Shown here piece by piece: positions 50,240-59,240 of a stretch of 64,000 nt of DNA. The stretch comes from Melioribacteraceae bacterium (GTDB taxonomy: Bacteria; Bacteroidota; Ignavibacteria; Ignavibacteriales; Melioribacteraceae). The first letter of the stretch is position 1; each line of letters begins with the position of its first letter. The notes below the pieces were generated by a model. That model ran no database searches. It had not been told where the DNA came from and saw nothing but the letters and a program-made list of their open reading frames with translations. The DNA lies in assembly GCA_034521465.1 (NCBI GenBank), contig JAXHMN010000012.1, positions 24,359 to 88,358 of the forward strand, given 5' to 3'. The position numbers and the translations under genes were made by a program.

Positions 50240-51196
50240 ATGAAAAAGATAATAATTTTTATTCTACTTTTAGTATTAGTTAACGGTGAAAAATATGCAC
50301 AAGCTTGCTGCAGCTCCGGAACACCTTTACTTGGTTCATTAGAAATGTCAAGCGGCAGCTCGGGTGTTTTACAGTTAGGATTAACTTATGATTATAATTC
50401 TCTTCAAAGTGTTTATGAAGGATCACGGTTTTTAAATGACCAAACAAGAGAACGGTTGACTCAATCTGCTTTATTTGAAATTACTTACGGCTTAAGCAAC
50501 CGATGGGCGATTACCGGGTTGTTTTCCTTTGTCAATCAAAATAGAACTATCAATTCTTTTAACAATCAAACCAATGAAGTCTCGACAAACGGCTTGGGTG
50601 ACGCAGTATTCTTATTAAAATACAAACTTGTACAGCCGAATATAATTAACCAAACAGAATTAGCCGTTGGTGGGGGGTTAAAGGTCCCAACGGGAAAAGC
50701 CGATATAAAAAACAATGGTATACTTCTGCCCGCAGATCTTCAATCCGGTTCCGGTTCATACGATGTTTTATTTTGGGCATATTATTCAAAAGGTTTTATC
50801 CCCGATTCGCCGATAAGCATTCTTGCAAACGTTTCTTACAAAATAAATTCTTCATACGATAGATTCGGAGGGAATGTTCAGGCTTATAAATTTGGTAACG
50901 AGTTAATATTATCGTCGGGATTGGGATACAGAACAGACACACTCTTTGATTTTTCGCTATTGGTCAGATTTAGAAATACCGCAATGGATGTTTTCAATGA
51001 TCAAAACATACCGAATACAGGCGGTTCATGGTTGTATGTTATACCGGGTGTTAACCTTAAATTTACCGACCATTTCACCGGAAGACTTTCTAGTCAACTT
51101 CCGGTTTATAGAGATCTGCAGGGCACTCAATTAACTACGACTTACACCATCTCGTTTTCTTTGTTCTACTCTGTCTCACTTTCAAATTCATTTTAG
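50240..51196 (+). CDS. Outer-membrane beta-barrel 'transporter' family protein
   Basis: Signal peptide, mature N-terminus 'QACCSSGTPLLGSLE', alternating strand pattern, and a C-terminal aromatic residue (...LSNSF). Confidence 0.5.
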   Translation: MKKIIIFILLLVLVNGEKYAQACCSSGTPLLGSLEMSSGSSGVLQLGLTYDYNSLQSVYEGSRFLNDQTRERLTQSALFEITYGLSNRWAITGLFSFVNQNRTINSFNNQTNEVSTNGLGDAVFLLKYKLVQPNIINQTELAVGGGLKVPTGKADIKNNGILLPADLQSGSGSYDVLFWAYYSKGFIPDSPISILANVSYKINSSYDRFGGNVQAYKFGNELILSSGLGYRTDTLFDFSLLVRFRNTAMDVFNDQNIPNTGGSWLYVIPGVNLKFTDHFTGRLSSQLPVYRDLQGTQLTTTYTISFSLFYSVSLSNSF

Positions 51197-51205
51197 GAGG
51201 ATAAA

Positions 51206-52273
51206 ATGTTTAGAAAATATTTAGCTATAACACTAATATTGTTTTTATTACCGGTTTGGTGGGGTTGTGAAGAATCCGAAAGCAGCAGTTCACCGGACTT
51301 GAGCGATAATCCACCGGAGTGGTTGATACCAACAAATGAAATATTTGACGGCGGTCCCGGTAAAGACGGGATACCCGCACTAACAACGCCCGAAATGGCA
51401 AATGCCGGTACAATAAGTTACCTGAATGATAACGACCTTGTAATTGCAACTAAACTAGATGGGGAGGTTAGAATCTACCCGCATAAAATTCTAGATTGGC
51501 ACGAAATAATTAATGATGTAATTAATGATCATAGATTTGCGATAACTTATTGTCCATTAACTGGTTCGGGAATTTCATACGATAGAGTTTTAAACGGCAG
51601 GGTAACCACATTTGGAGTCAGCGGGCTTTTATATAATACTAATTTAATTCCATACGATAGGGCAACAAACAGCAACTGGTCACAAATGAAAATGATGAGC
51701 GTTAACGGTGATTTGATAGGGCAGACTGCAGATACCTTTCCTATAATTGAAACTACATGGGGTAATCTTAAAAGCTTTTACACTGAAGCAAAAGTTGTAA
51801 CAACCAACACCGGTCATTCAAGAAATTATAATAGATTTCCCTACGGAGATTACAAAACGAATCATAATTTTCTCCTCTTCCCCGTTTCTCATAAAGATGA
51901 TAGACTTCCTAGAAAAGAACGTGTACTCGGTATTTTTCATAATGGTGTTGCAAAAGCATTTAGATTTTCGTCTAACACACTCTCTTTAATTGAATCGAAT
52001 GTTGGGGGGACTAATATTGTTGTTGTCGTGAGCAAAAATGATAATTTAATTATGGCATACCAACCGGAATTAGTAAACGGAGAAAAAGTATCACTGAGTG
52101 TTGATAATAATAGTTTACCCGTAATTATGAAAGATGAAAATAATAATGAATACGATATTTTTGGAACCGTCGTCTCCGGTCCGGCTGAAGGTGAAAGACT
52201 TAAGTCGGTAACTCAATTTATTGCTTATTGGTTTGCTTGGGCGGCGTTTTACCCGGAAACATCCCTGCAGTAA
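51206..52273 (+). CDS. DUF3179-domain protein (paralog 2)
   Basis: 'YPHKILDWHEIINDVINDHRFAITYCPLTGSGISYDR' and C-terminal 'FIAYWFAWAAFYPETSL' parallel 48044-49178. AGGAGG RBS. Confidence 0.8.
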   Translation: MFRKYLAITLILFLLPVWWGCEESESSSSPDLSDNPPEWLIPTNEIFDGGPGKDGIPALTTPEMANAGTISYLNDNDLVIATKLDGEVRIYPHKILDWHEIINDVINDHRFAITYCPLTGSGISYDRVLNGRVTTFGVSGLLYNTNLIPYDRATNSNWSQMKMMSVNGDLIGQTADTFPIIETTWGNLKSFYTEAKVVTTNTGHSRNYNRFPYGDYKTNHNFLLFPVSHKDDRLPRKERVLGIFHNGVAKAFRFSSNTLSLIESNVGGTNIVVVVSKNDNLIMAYQPELVNGEKVSLSVDNNSLPVIMKDENNNEYDIFGTVVSGPAEGERLKSVTQFIAYWFAWAAFYPETSLQ

Positions 52274-52391
52274 TTCATTGTTGATTTGATCTCTCATCGA
52301 AATGGGTCTAAATATATTTAAACTGAAATATATTTTTAATTCTGGACAGATATTATTTATCTTAATTCCGGATTAATAATATGGAGATAAA

Positions 52392-54025
52392 ATGACTGAA
52401 ACAAAAAAAAGAATTGAGGTTGCAAAATTTAGCGAACTCGAAGACCGAAAACCGACTTATGCGCTTGCCGAAAATGTTGATTTGGTTGTGATCAAATATG
52501 AAGAAGAAGTTTCTGTTTTATACGGAAGGTGTCTCCATCGCGGAGCGCTTTTATCCGACGGATTTGTTGACGGTGACAACTTAATCTGCGGTGTTCACTA
52601 TTGGGATTACAGATACGACACAGGAATAAGCGAGTACAACAATGAAGAACAATTAAAAAAATTTAAGTCGTGGATCGATAAAGAAAATGATGCTGTTTAC
52701 GTTGATGAAGATGAAATTAGACAATGGGAAAAAGATAATCCTCAACCATACGATCGTGAATCATATCATGGGCTTTATGCAGACATACACGGTGCCGAAG
52801 AAGAACCTTTTAATAATTATATCCAACAATTAGCGAATGGCGGAATTAAAGCTGTTGGTAAACACGGAGTTAATTCTGCAATGGGAGTTCCGTATAACGA
52901 ACTTCCAAAATGGAATGACATTCAAATTTTAACCGGACAACTCACAAACAAACCGCTGTTAGATGAAGACGATGTTTCCACTGAATTAGTTATAGGTCCA
53001 AGAGCAAAAAAACCGATGAAATTAAAGATCCCGATTTTTGTGAGTGATATGAGCTTTGGCGCTTTAAGTGAGGAAGCTAAAATTGCCTTGGCTAAGGGAG
53101 CAGAATTAGCCGGAACAGGGATTTGTTCGGGTGAAGGAGGAATGCTGCCGGAAGAACAGCAGAGCAATTCAAACGTATTTTTATGAATTGGCCTCCGCTA
53201 AATTCGGATGGAATATTGAAAACGTAAAGAACGTTCAAGCATTTCACTTTAAAGGGGGACAGGGAGCAAAAACCGGTACCGGCGGTCATCTCCCCGGCGA
53301 AAAAGTTAAAGGTAAAATTGCAGAAGTACGCGGACTTGAAGAAGGTAAAGATGCAATTAGTCCTTCTACATTTCCGGATTTAACCACTCCTGCCGATTTT
53401 AAAAAGCTTGCCGATGAAGTGCGAGAAATATCCGGCGGTATTCCAATCGGTTTCAAACTTTCTGCACAGCATATTGAAGCAGATATTGATTTTGCATTAG
53501 AAGCAAGTGCCGATTATATAATTCTTGATGGGCGCGGCGGTGGAACAGGTTCTGCTCCAAATATATTTAAGAACAATATTTCTGTCCCTACAATTCCCGC
53601 TTTAGCCCGTGCAAGAAAACATCTTGATAAAGTTGGCGCGGAAGATGTAACATTAATTATCACCGGCGGACTGAGAACAGAATCCGATTTTGTTAAAGCT
53701 TTAGCTCTCGGTGCAGACGGAATTGCAATTGCAAATTCTGCTATTCAGGCAATCGGTTGTTTGGGAATGCGCGCCTGCCATACTGAATAATTGCCCGGTG
53801 GGGATTGCAACTCAAAGAGAAGATTTACGCTCGCGAATAATTATCGATCAATCATCGAAACAATTACAAAATTATCTTGAAGCAACAACCGAATTAATGA
53901 AAGTGCTGTCAAGAGCCTGCGGACATGATAGTTTAAGCAAGTTTTCTATCGATGATTTAACAACGTTTAAAAAAGACATGGCTGAATTAAGCGGTATTAA
54001 ATTTGGCGGAGTTATAAATGAATAA
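52392..54025 (+). CDS. Rieske [2Fe-2S] domain fused to a glutamate synthase-related FMN domain (GltB domain 2-like); two apparent frameshifts (about 53165-53180 and about 53775-53790)
   Basis: 'CLHRGALLSDG...CGVHYWDY' (Rieske); 'VSDMSFGALSEEAK...GEGGMLPEE', 'KGGQGAKTGTGGHLPG', 'DGRGGGTGSAP', 'GGLRTESDFVKALALGADGIAIA', 'NNCPVGIATQ' are spread over three frames. Confidence 0.8.
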
Positions 54026-54103
54026 TACATTCAAAAATATTAATCAGCGGAAATCTGTTTTTCTGTATCGTTAGTGTTCTGTTTATGTTAAATAAGGTTA
54101 AAA

Positions 54104-54923
54104 ATGAAATTACCAAAAATCGATTACAATGAATTTTCCAAAACAAGAAACACGATACAACTTTACGCACAACTTCTAAGCGCGGTTAAGGGCAAATACG
54201 TTCCGCATCAAAAAAATTGGGAAGAGTTTAGTCTGAAAACTTATGCAAAAGGATTTCACAACCGGATCGATTCCGATTCAAACTGAGAACGGAACAGAGG
54301 CGCTTGATTTGAATCTGAACTTTATTGAACATAAGTTAAAATTATTTTTCGGCAGTAAACGAGATGAAATAGATTTACATCAACCTAATATTGCAGTGTT
54401 TACAAAAACATTTTTGGAGAAAATTTCGGATTACGGAATTAAAAATTTTAAGCCGGATGAAAAATTCTTTTCTGAAGATAAATCACTTTATGATCAAGAG
54501 GAAGCAAACAAACTTTGGATTTTATTTAGAGAAATATATTTTCTCTTTCTAGAATTTCGGGGAAGCACATTGCTTGAAACTAGTAATGTTAACTTCTGGG
54601 CGCATCATTTTGATATTGCACTACTTGTTTTTTCAGGAAAAATAATTGATGGTAAAGACCCGCAAGATTGGGATAATTCACGCGAGCAGATGAACTTCGG
54701 TTTTTCAACCGGCGACCAAGGAATTGGACAGCCATATTTTTACGTTACCGCTTATCCCTTTAATGAAAAATTATTTGAAACAGATTTACCCGGCTTTGCA
54801 CGTTGGCAGAAAGAGGGATGGAAAGGTGTTGCTATAGAACTGAATAAATTAAGCGGAGATCAAAATACCGGCAGTAAATTACTTGGGCTTTTTGATAGCT
54901 TAATCAAATCTAATTTTGGCTAA
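54104..54923 (+). CDS. Hypothetical protein (possibly DUF5996-like); apparent frameshift near 54250-54265
   Basis: ORFs 54104-54286 and 54243-54923 overlap and join as '...EEFSLKTYAKGF|TTGSIPIQ'. The family assignment is a weak recollection. Confidence 0.35.
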
Positions 54924-55029
54924 TCCGAAGTAAGAAACAAAAAAGCAGTGAATAAACGAATAAGTTTAAAACCATTCGCGTATTAGCGGTACCTTTGAAA
55001 TAGCGTATGAATCAAATATTTAAAAGAAA

Positions 55030-55587
55030 TTAATACTTGTATCCCTTCACTTCCTCTTCGGAAAACTCAACCCCGAGCCCGAGTGCAATTCTATTAACGA
55101 AGTTGAAATAACTCACTATCAAATTTGTAAGTAAAATATCTTCGTCTGACCACCCTTTTGATTTGATCCGGTCTATATCGGCTTGGGTAATTTTGTGTGG
55201 TGCGGTTGTCAACACGTTTGCATATTCAAGCAATATTTTAATTTCATCTTCAGCGTCAATGCTCCGGAAATTATCTATAAATTGTTGCAGCTTATTTTCA
55301 TCTTTCCAATAAAAATTGAGCGCTTCTGCATGATGGTTAATGCAGTAATCACAGTTATTTGCTTTTGAAACAACAACGGCTATCATCTCTTTAAGTTCAC
55401 GTGATAAATTGGATTTTGAAAACATCAATGATTTGTAAAGATCCATATGTTTTACCATTGCATCCGGATTCAAACTATGAATACTCATTATGTTAGAAAG
55501 TTTTCCGCGTGATGAAATTATTTCATCGTAAACTTCCTTTAATTTCCCTTCGGCATGCTCTGCACCGATTACTTTAATATAAGGCAT
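55030..55587 (-). CDS. Peroxidase-related AhpD-like (carboxymuconolactone decarboxylase family) protein
   Basis: 'IAVVVSKANNCDYCINHH' carries the CxxC motif. Overall resembles the 'uncharacterized peroxidase-related enzyme' subfamily. Confidence 0.8.
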   Translation of the reverse strand: MPYIKVIGAEHAEGKLKEVYDEIISSRGKLSNIMSIHSLNPDAMVKHMDLYKSLMFSKSNLSRELKEMIAVVVSKANNCDYCINHHAEALNFYWKDENKLQQFIDNFRSIDAEDEIKILLEYANVLTTAPHKITQADIDRIKSKGWSDEDILLTNLIVSYFNFVNRIALGLGVEFSEEEVKGYKY

Positions 55588-55593
55588 AAAACC

Positions 55594-55818
55594 TCAGTTT
55601 ATTTTTCCAATAAGTTTATCTTTATTTATATCTCCGTAAGCAAAGAGTTGTCCATCAACTATCCATGCCGGAGTGATGAATATTCTGTCGTCGTTGTATG
55701 AATTTATATGCCGAACTTCAGCGTTTATGTTCGGTTTTCTATTTTGAATTGTTTTTAGTTGTTCCTTGGCACGAGTACAAGCATCACAATGATTGGTGAT
55801 TAGTAGAACTATATCCAT
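55594..55818 (-). CDS. Small thioredoxin-fold protein (thioredoxin_3/MTH895-like)
   Basis: From the internal ATG at 55818: 'MDIVLLITNHCDACTRAKEQL...ITPAWIVDGQLFAYG', with CxxC and a cis-Pro context. Confidence 0.6.
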   Translation of the reverse strand: MDIVLLITNHCDACTRAKEQLKTIQNRKPNINAEVRHINSYNDDRIFITPAWIVDGQLFAYGDINKDKLIGKIN

Positions 55819-55880
55819 AAGTTTTTTAGATGAAATATAAAAAGGTATTCCGGTTTTCACTGTCAACTTTAAGACATAGA

Positions 55881-56571
55881 TCAAGAAATCAGTTTTTTTA
55901 ACTCATCCATTTTATTTACAATTAATTTGTTCCTGTCAAAATCGATAATACCTTTTTCCCGCAGATCGGTTAAAAGATAATTTACGGTTTGGCGGGAACA
56001 TGCCGTTAATTCTCCGATATTTTGATGCTTCAGAAACGGTTTAACAAATATTTGATCGCCTATTTTCTTTCCGTTCTTTTCGGCATATCTAATGATAAAA
56101 GAAATGATTCTTTGGTTGGCATCTTTGAATATTAAATCCTCAACACGTTCGGAAAAGTTTTTGAGCTTCAATCCAATCAATTTAGTTAAGCTTAAGTTTA
56201 ATGCGGGATTCTTTTCAACAAACTCGGCAAAATCATTTTTATTAATTGCACAGATTAATGACTGCTCTACGGTTATTGCATAATCAGTTCGTTCGCCTTC
56301 ATCGAAGTAAGACATTTCGCCAAAGATTTCACCGGGATTAATAATTGCAATTATTTTTTCACTTCCGTCGGAAAGATATTTAGATATTTTCACTCTACCT
56401 TTCTTGAGAAAATATATAGTCTCGGAAGGTTCGCTCGCAAAATAAATAGGAATGTTTTTATCCGTGGTGCTGTCTCTAACGAGTTTGTTCAATCTTCATC
56501 ATTTCATCTTTATTAAGTGTGCTGAATAAGTTGAAGTTCTCTAAATACCAAAGTTTAGTTTTCTCTGCCAT
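55881..56571 (-). CDS. Crp/Fnr-family transcriptional regulator; apparent frameshift near 56490-56497
   Basis: cNMP-binding-like 'IYFLKKGRVKISK...GEIFGE' and HTH 'NIGELTACSRQTVNYLLTDLREKGII'. The N-terminal 'MAEKTKLWYLENFNLFSTLNKDEMMKI' is readable from the ATG at 56571 in the adjacent frame. Confidence 0.8.
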
Positions 56572-56750
56572 TGCCTTTCCCGCTTGTATGATATTTCTAA
56601 AGATAGAAAAATATTCAAGTTATATAAATAAGAAAGGGTAAAGATCATAAAAATAATCATATGTCAAGCGGCACATCTATAGGTGGCGAGAGTTATGAAC
56701 CAAGTTATTTGAGCACATTATACCTTTCTGTTACTAGTAATTCAAAAAAT

Positions 56751-57019
56751 GAGTCCGCTCCAAAAGCCAAAAAATGCATACTGTCATGAGGCTGTCTCAA
56801 AACCCTTAGTTTTCTCGATACATTCCGACATACTACGTCGGAACACTCGAAAACCGTCCAAATTCAACGGTCATTGAGTAGTCCGATGCTTTTCGGACGT
56901 ATCGAAATGACCTTTTGAGACAGCCTCATCTCTAAAGTAAGTGAGGTTTTGAGATTCCCGCTCGTTTCGGAGACGAAGTCTAAGGATTTTCACTGGAATG
57001 ACCTTTCTGGAGTGGATTC
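56751..57019. repeat. Composite nested-palindrome intergenic element, copy E3
   Basis: Outer imperfect arms are GAGTCCGCTCCAAAAG (56751-56766) and CTTTCTGGAGTGGATTC (57003-57019). A perfect 17-bp stem ATGAGGCTGTCTCAAAA (56786-56802) / TTTTGAGACAGCCTCAT (56913-56929) encloses a 7-bp stem and three hairpins. A GAGATTCC...GGAATGAC unit follows at 56951-57002. Confidence 0.75.
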
Positions 57020-57116
57020 ATAAATACAATGTTGATAATCGGACGGGAGGTGTTGTATTTCTTTCCGGTCTGTATTATATTCGTGTTAACTCAATTAACA
57101 CGAAATTGGATTATAT

Positions 57117-57692
57117 ATGGCACGAAAGTATAACATGACGGAGCGCTCAAAACTGGCAGCTCAAACAACCGGCAGCATAATTTCCGCAACGGAGCGGCTA
57201 CTCACCAACAGATCGCTTAATGATATTAATTTAAAAGCAATCGCAAAAGAAGCCGGTACAACAGTCCAAACAGTACTTCGGCACATGAATTCAAGAGAAG
57301 GATGCATTGAAGCTGTTGCAAAAGTAGTAACTGAACGAGTAGCAAAGCAGCGGGAAAGTTCTGAGTATGATACTATTGAAAAAAAAATCTCCGGGCTTAT
57401 TCGGCATTACGAATCGGAGGGCAAATTAGTTCTCAATCTTTTAGCACAGGAGCAGAAAGGAGATTCATTTGCGTCTGACCTAACCCGTCAAGGCAGAACT
57501 TTTCACCGTAACTGGGTGGAGCAATCTTATAAAAAGTATTTACCCGTTAAGGAAAAAGATACTATTGATGCCCTTGTGGCTGTCACTGATATCTACACAT
57601 GGAAATTACTCCGTTTAGACCTTGGCCGAAGCCGGAATGCCACTAAAAGAATTATAACAAACAGTGTAAAGAAATTATTGGAGGCAGCATGA
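57117..57692 (+). CDS. TetR/AcrR-family transcriptional regulator
   Basis: N-terminal HTH 'LKAIAKEAGTTVQTVLRHMNSREG'. 191 aa. Overlaps the next gene by 4 nt. Confidence 0.8.
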   Translation: MARKYNMTERSKLAAQTTGSIISATERLLTNRSLNDINLKAIAKEAGTTVQTVLRHMNSREGCIEAVAKVVTERVAKQRESSEYDTIEKKISGLIRHYESEGKLVLNLLAQEQKGDSFASDLTRQGRTFHRNWVEQSYKKYLPVKEKDTIDALVAVTDIYTWKLLRLDLGRSRNATKRIITNSVKKLLEAA

Positions 57693-58916
57693 AAACCATA
57701 CTTATATACACTTCGCCCGCACGCGGGCACCTTTATCCTATGATGGATATAGCAATTGAGTTAAAAAAAAGAGGGGATAATGTAATTATTCAAACATTAG
57801 CCGGTGAAAAAGAGCGAGTAGAAAATGAAGGGATTCATCATATCTCAATATCTTCTGAAATTGAGTCTCTGCCGCTGAAGGATTACAAAGAAAGTACACC
57901 TGTGTCACAATTCCGTTCGGCATTCAATACTTGGTTAAAAAGGGCGCCGCACGAGATCAAAGATTTAACCGAAAGTTATGAACGTATTAATCCCGATTTA
58001 CTAATTGTGGATGTAAATACTTGGGGCGCGGGAGCTTTTGCGGAGGCGCAGTCAAAACCCTGGGCGATGTTCATGCCTTATTGTCTGCCGATTCCTTCAA
58101 GAGAAACACCTGCTTTCGGTCCCGGATTTCCGCCGCCTACAAATCTCTTGCACCGGCTACGCGATAAAGTTGTGAATAATTTGATACAAAGGGCTGTGCG
58201 CGGACAAGTAAAAAAACTGAATAAGCTACGAACAAGTATGGGTGTTTCTTTATTGAATAAATATCAAGATATCTTTGCACGTCCCGACTTAGTCCTATAC
58301 AGAACGGCTGAACCGTTTGACTATCCACGAAAAAACTGGCCCGAAAATATATTACAAATCGGTCCCGGACTTTGGTCGCCTTCAGCAGAAGACCCAAATT
58401 GGATTGATGATTTACCTTCCCCGCGGATTTTAATAAGTGTTTCAACAGAAGCACAGGAAGACAGCGCAATTATTAAAACCGCTCTCAACTCTTTGGCGAA
58501 TGAAAAAGTTAGCTTAATTGTAACAACAGCTGCGTTTGATCCCAAAGATTTTGAAGCGCCTCATGAGCATGTACGGATTACTAAGTTTTTATCTCATGCA
58601 GAAATAATACACAAGATGGATCTTTTGGTAACACATGGAGGTATGGGCGCTACTCAACGGGCGTTAGCTGCAGGGGTTCCTGTTTGTGTCATTCCGTTCG
58701 GGCGAGATCAAAGCGAGACAGCACGGAGAGCTAGAAGTCAGCGGTTCGGGGATAATGCTTCCCAAAAATAAACTGAATGAACAAGGATTAAAAAAAGCAG
58801 TCAAAGATGCACTAAAGCGAAAACCCGGTGCAGAAAAAATTGCTCAAGCTTTTAAAAATGCCGGCGGCGCTAAAAGAGCTGTGAAAGCATTAGATGGTTT
58901 AGTACAAAATTCTTGA
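57689..58916 (+). CDS. GT1-family (MGT/UDP-glycosyltransferase-like) glycosyltransferase; apparent frameshift near 58725-58735
   Basis: 'ILIYTSPARGHLYPMMDIAIELKKRG' and 'THGGMGATQRALAAGVPVCVIPFGRDQSETARR|LEVSGSGIML'. The C-terminus continues in ORF 58686-58916. Confidence 0.8.
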
Positions 58917-59240
58917 CAGACCTCAAAGGCACAAGCGAGCAATTGTAGCTCAAATTGATTCGTACAATTTAACCGCCTCGCAGGTCTACTGCTGTCGACT
59001 TGAGCTTTGATACGAACACTGTAATAAGCATACAGCTTCTATGGATTCGTCGCTGATACATTTTCAGCTGGCTTTCGGATTGATCGAAGGAAGGTTAATA
59101 GGTATATATCAGAATATTGGGATGAAAGACTTGGCCATAAATTATTCGATGATTCCTATTCATGGAAAACTGAAAAAGTACTAAAGCAGTTAACTTCTAT
59201 GTCTTAATAGAACTTTTCTTTTTTTAGATTGCAAGACGTG

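Noticed and set aside
56786-56929. tRNA / tmRNA-like gene, because of the cloverleaf-like four-way junction.
   Set aside because: The closing stem is 17 bp and the total length is 144 nt. No T-loop (GTTCRANYC) or D-loop consensus is present, and there is no CCA or anticodon-loop geometry. Related arms occur in two other intergenic repeats.
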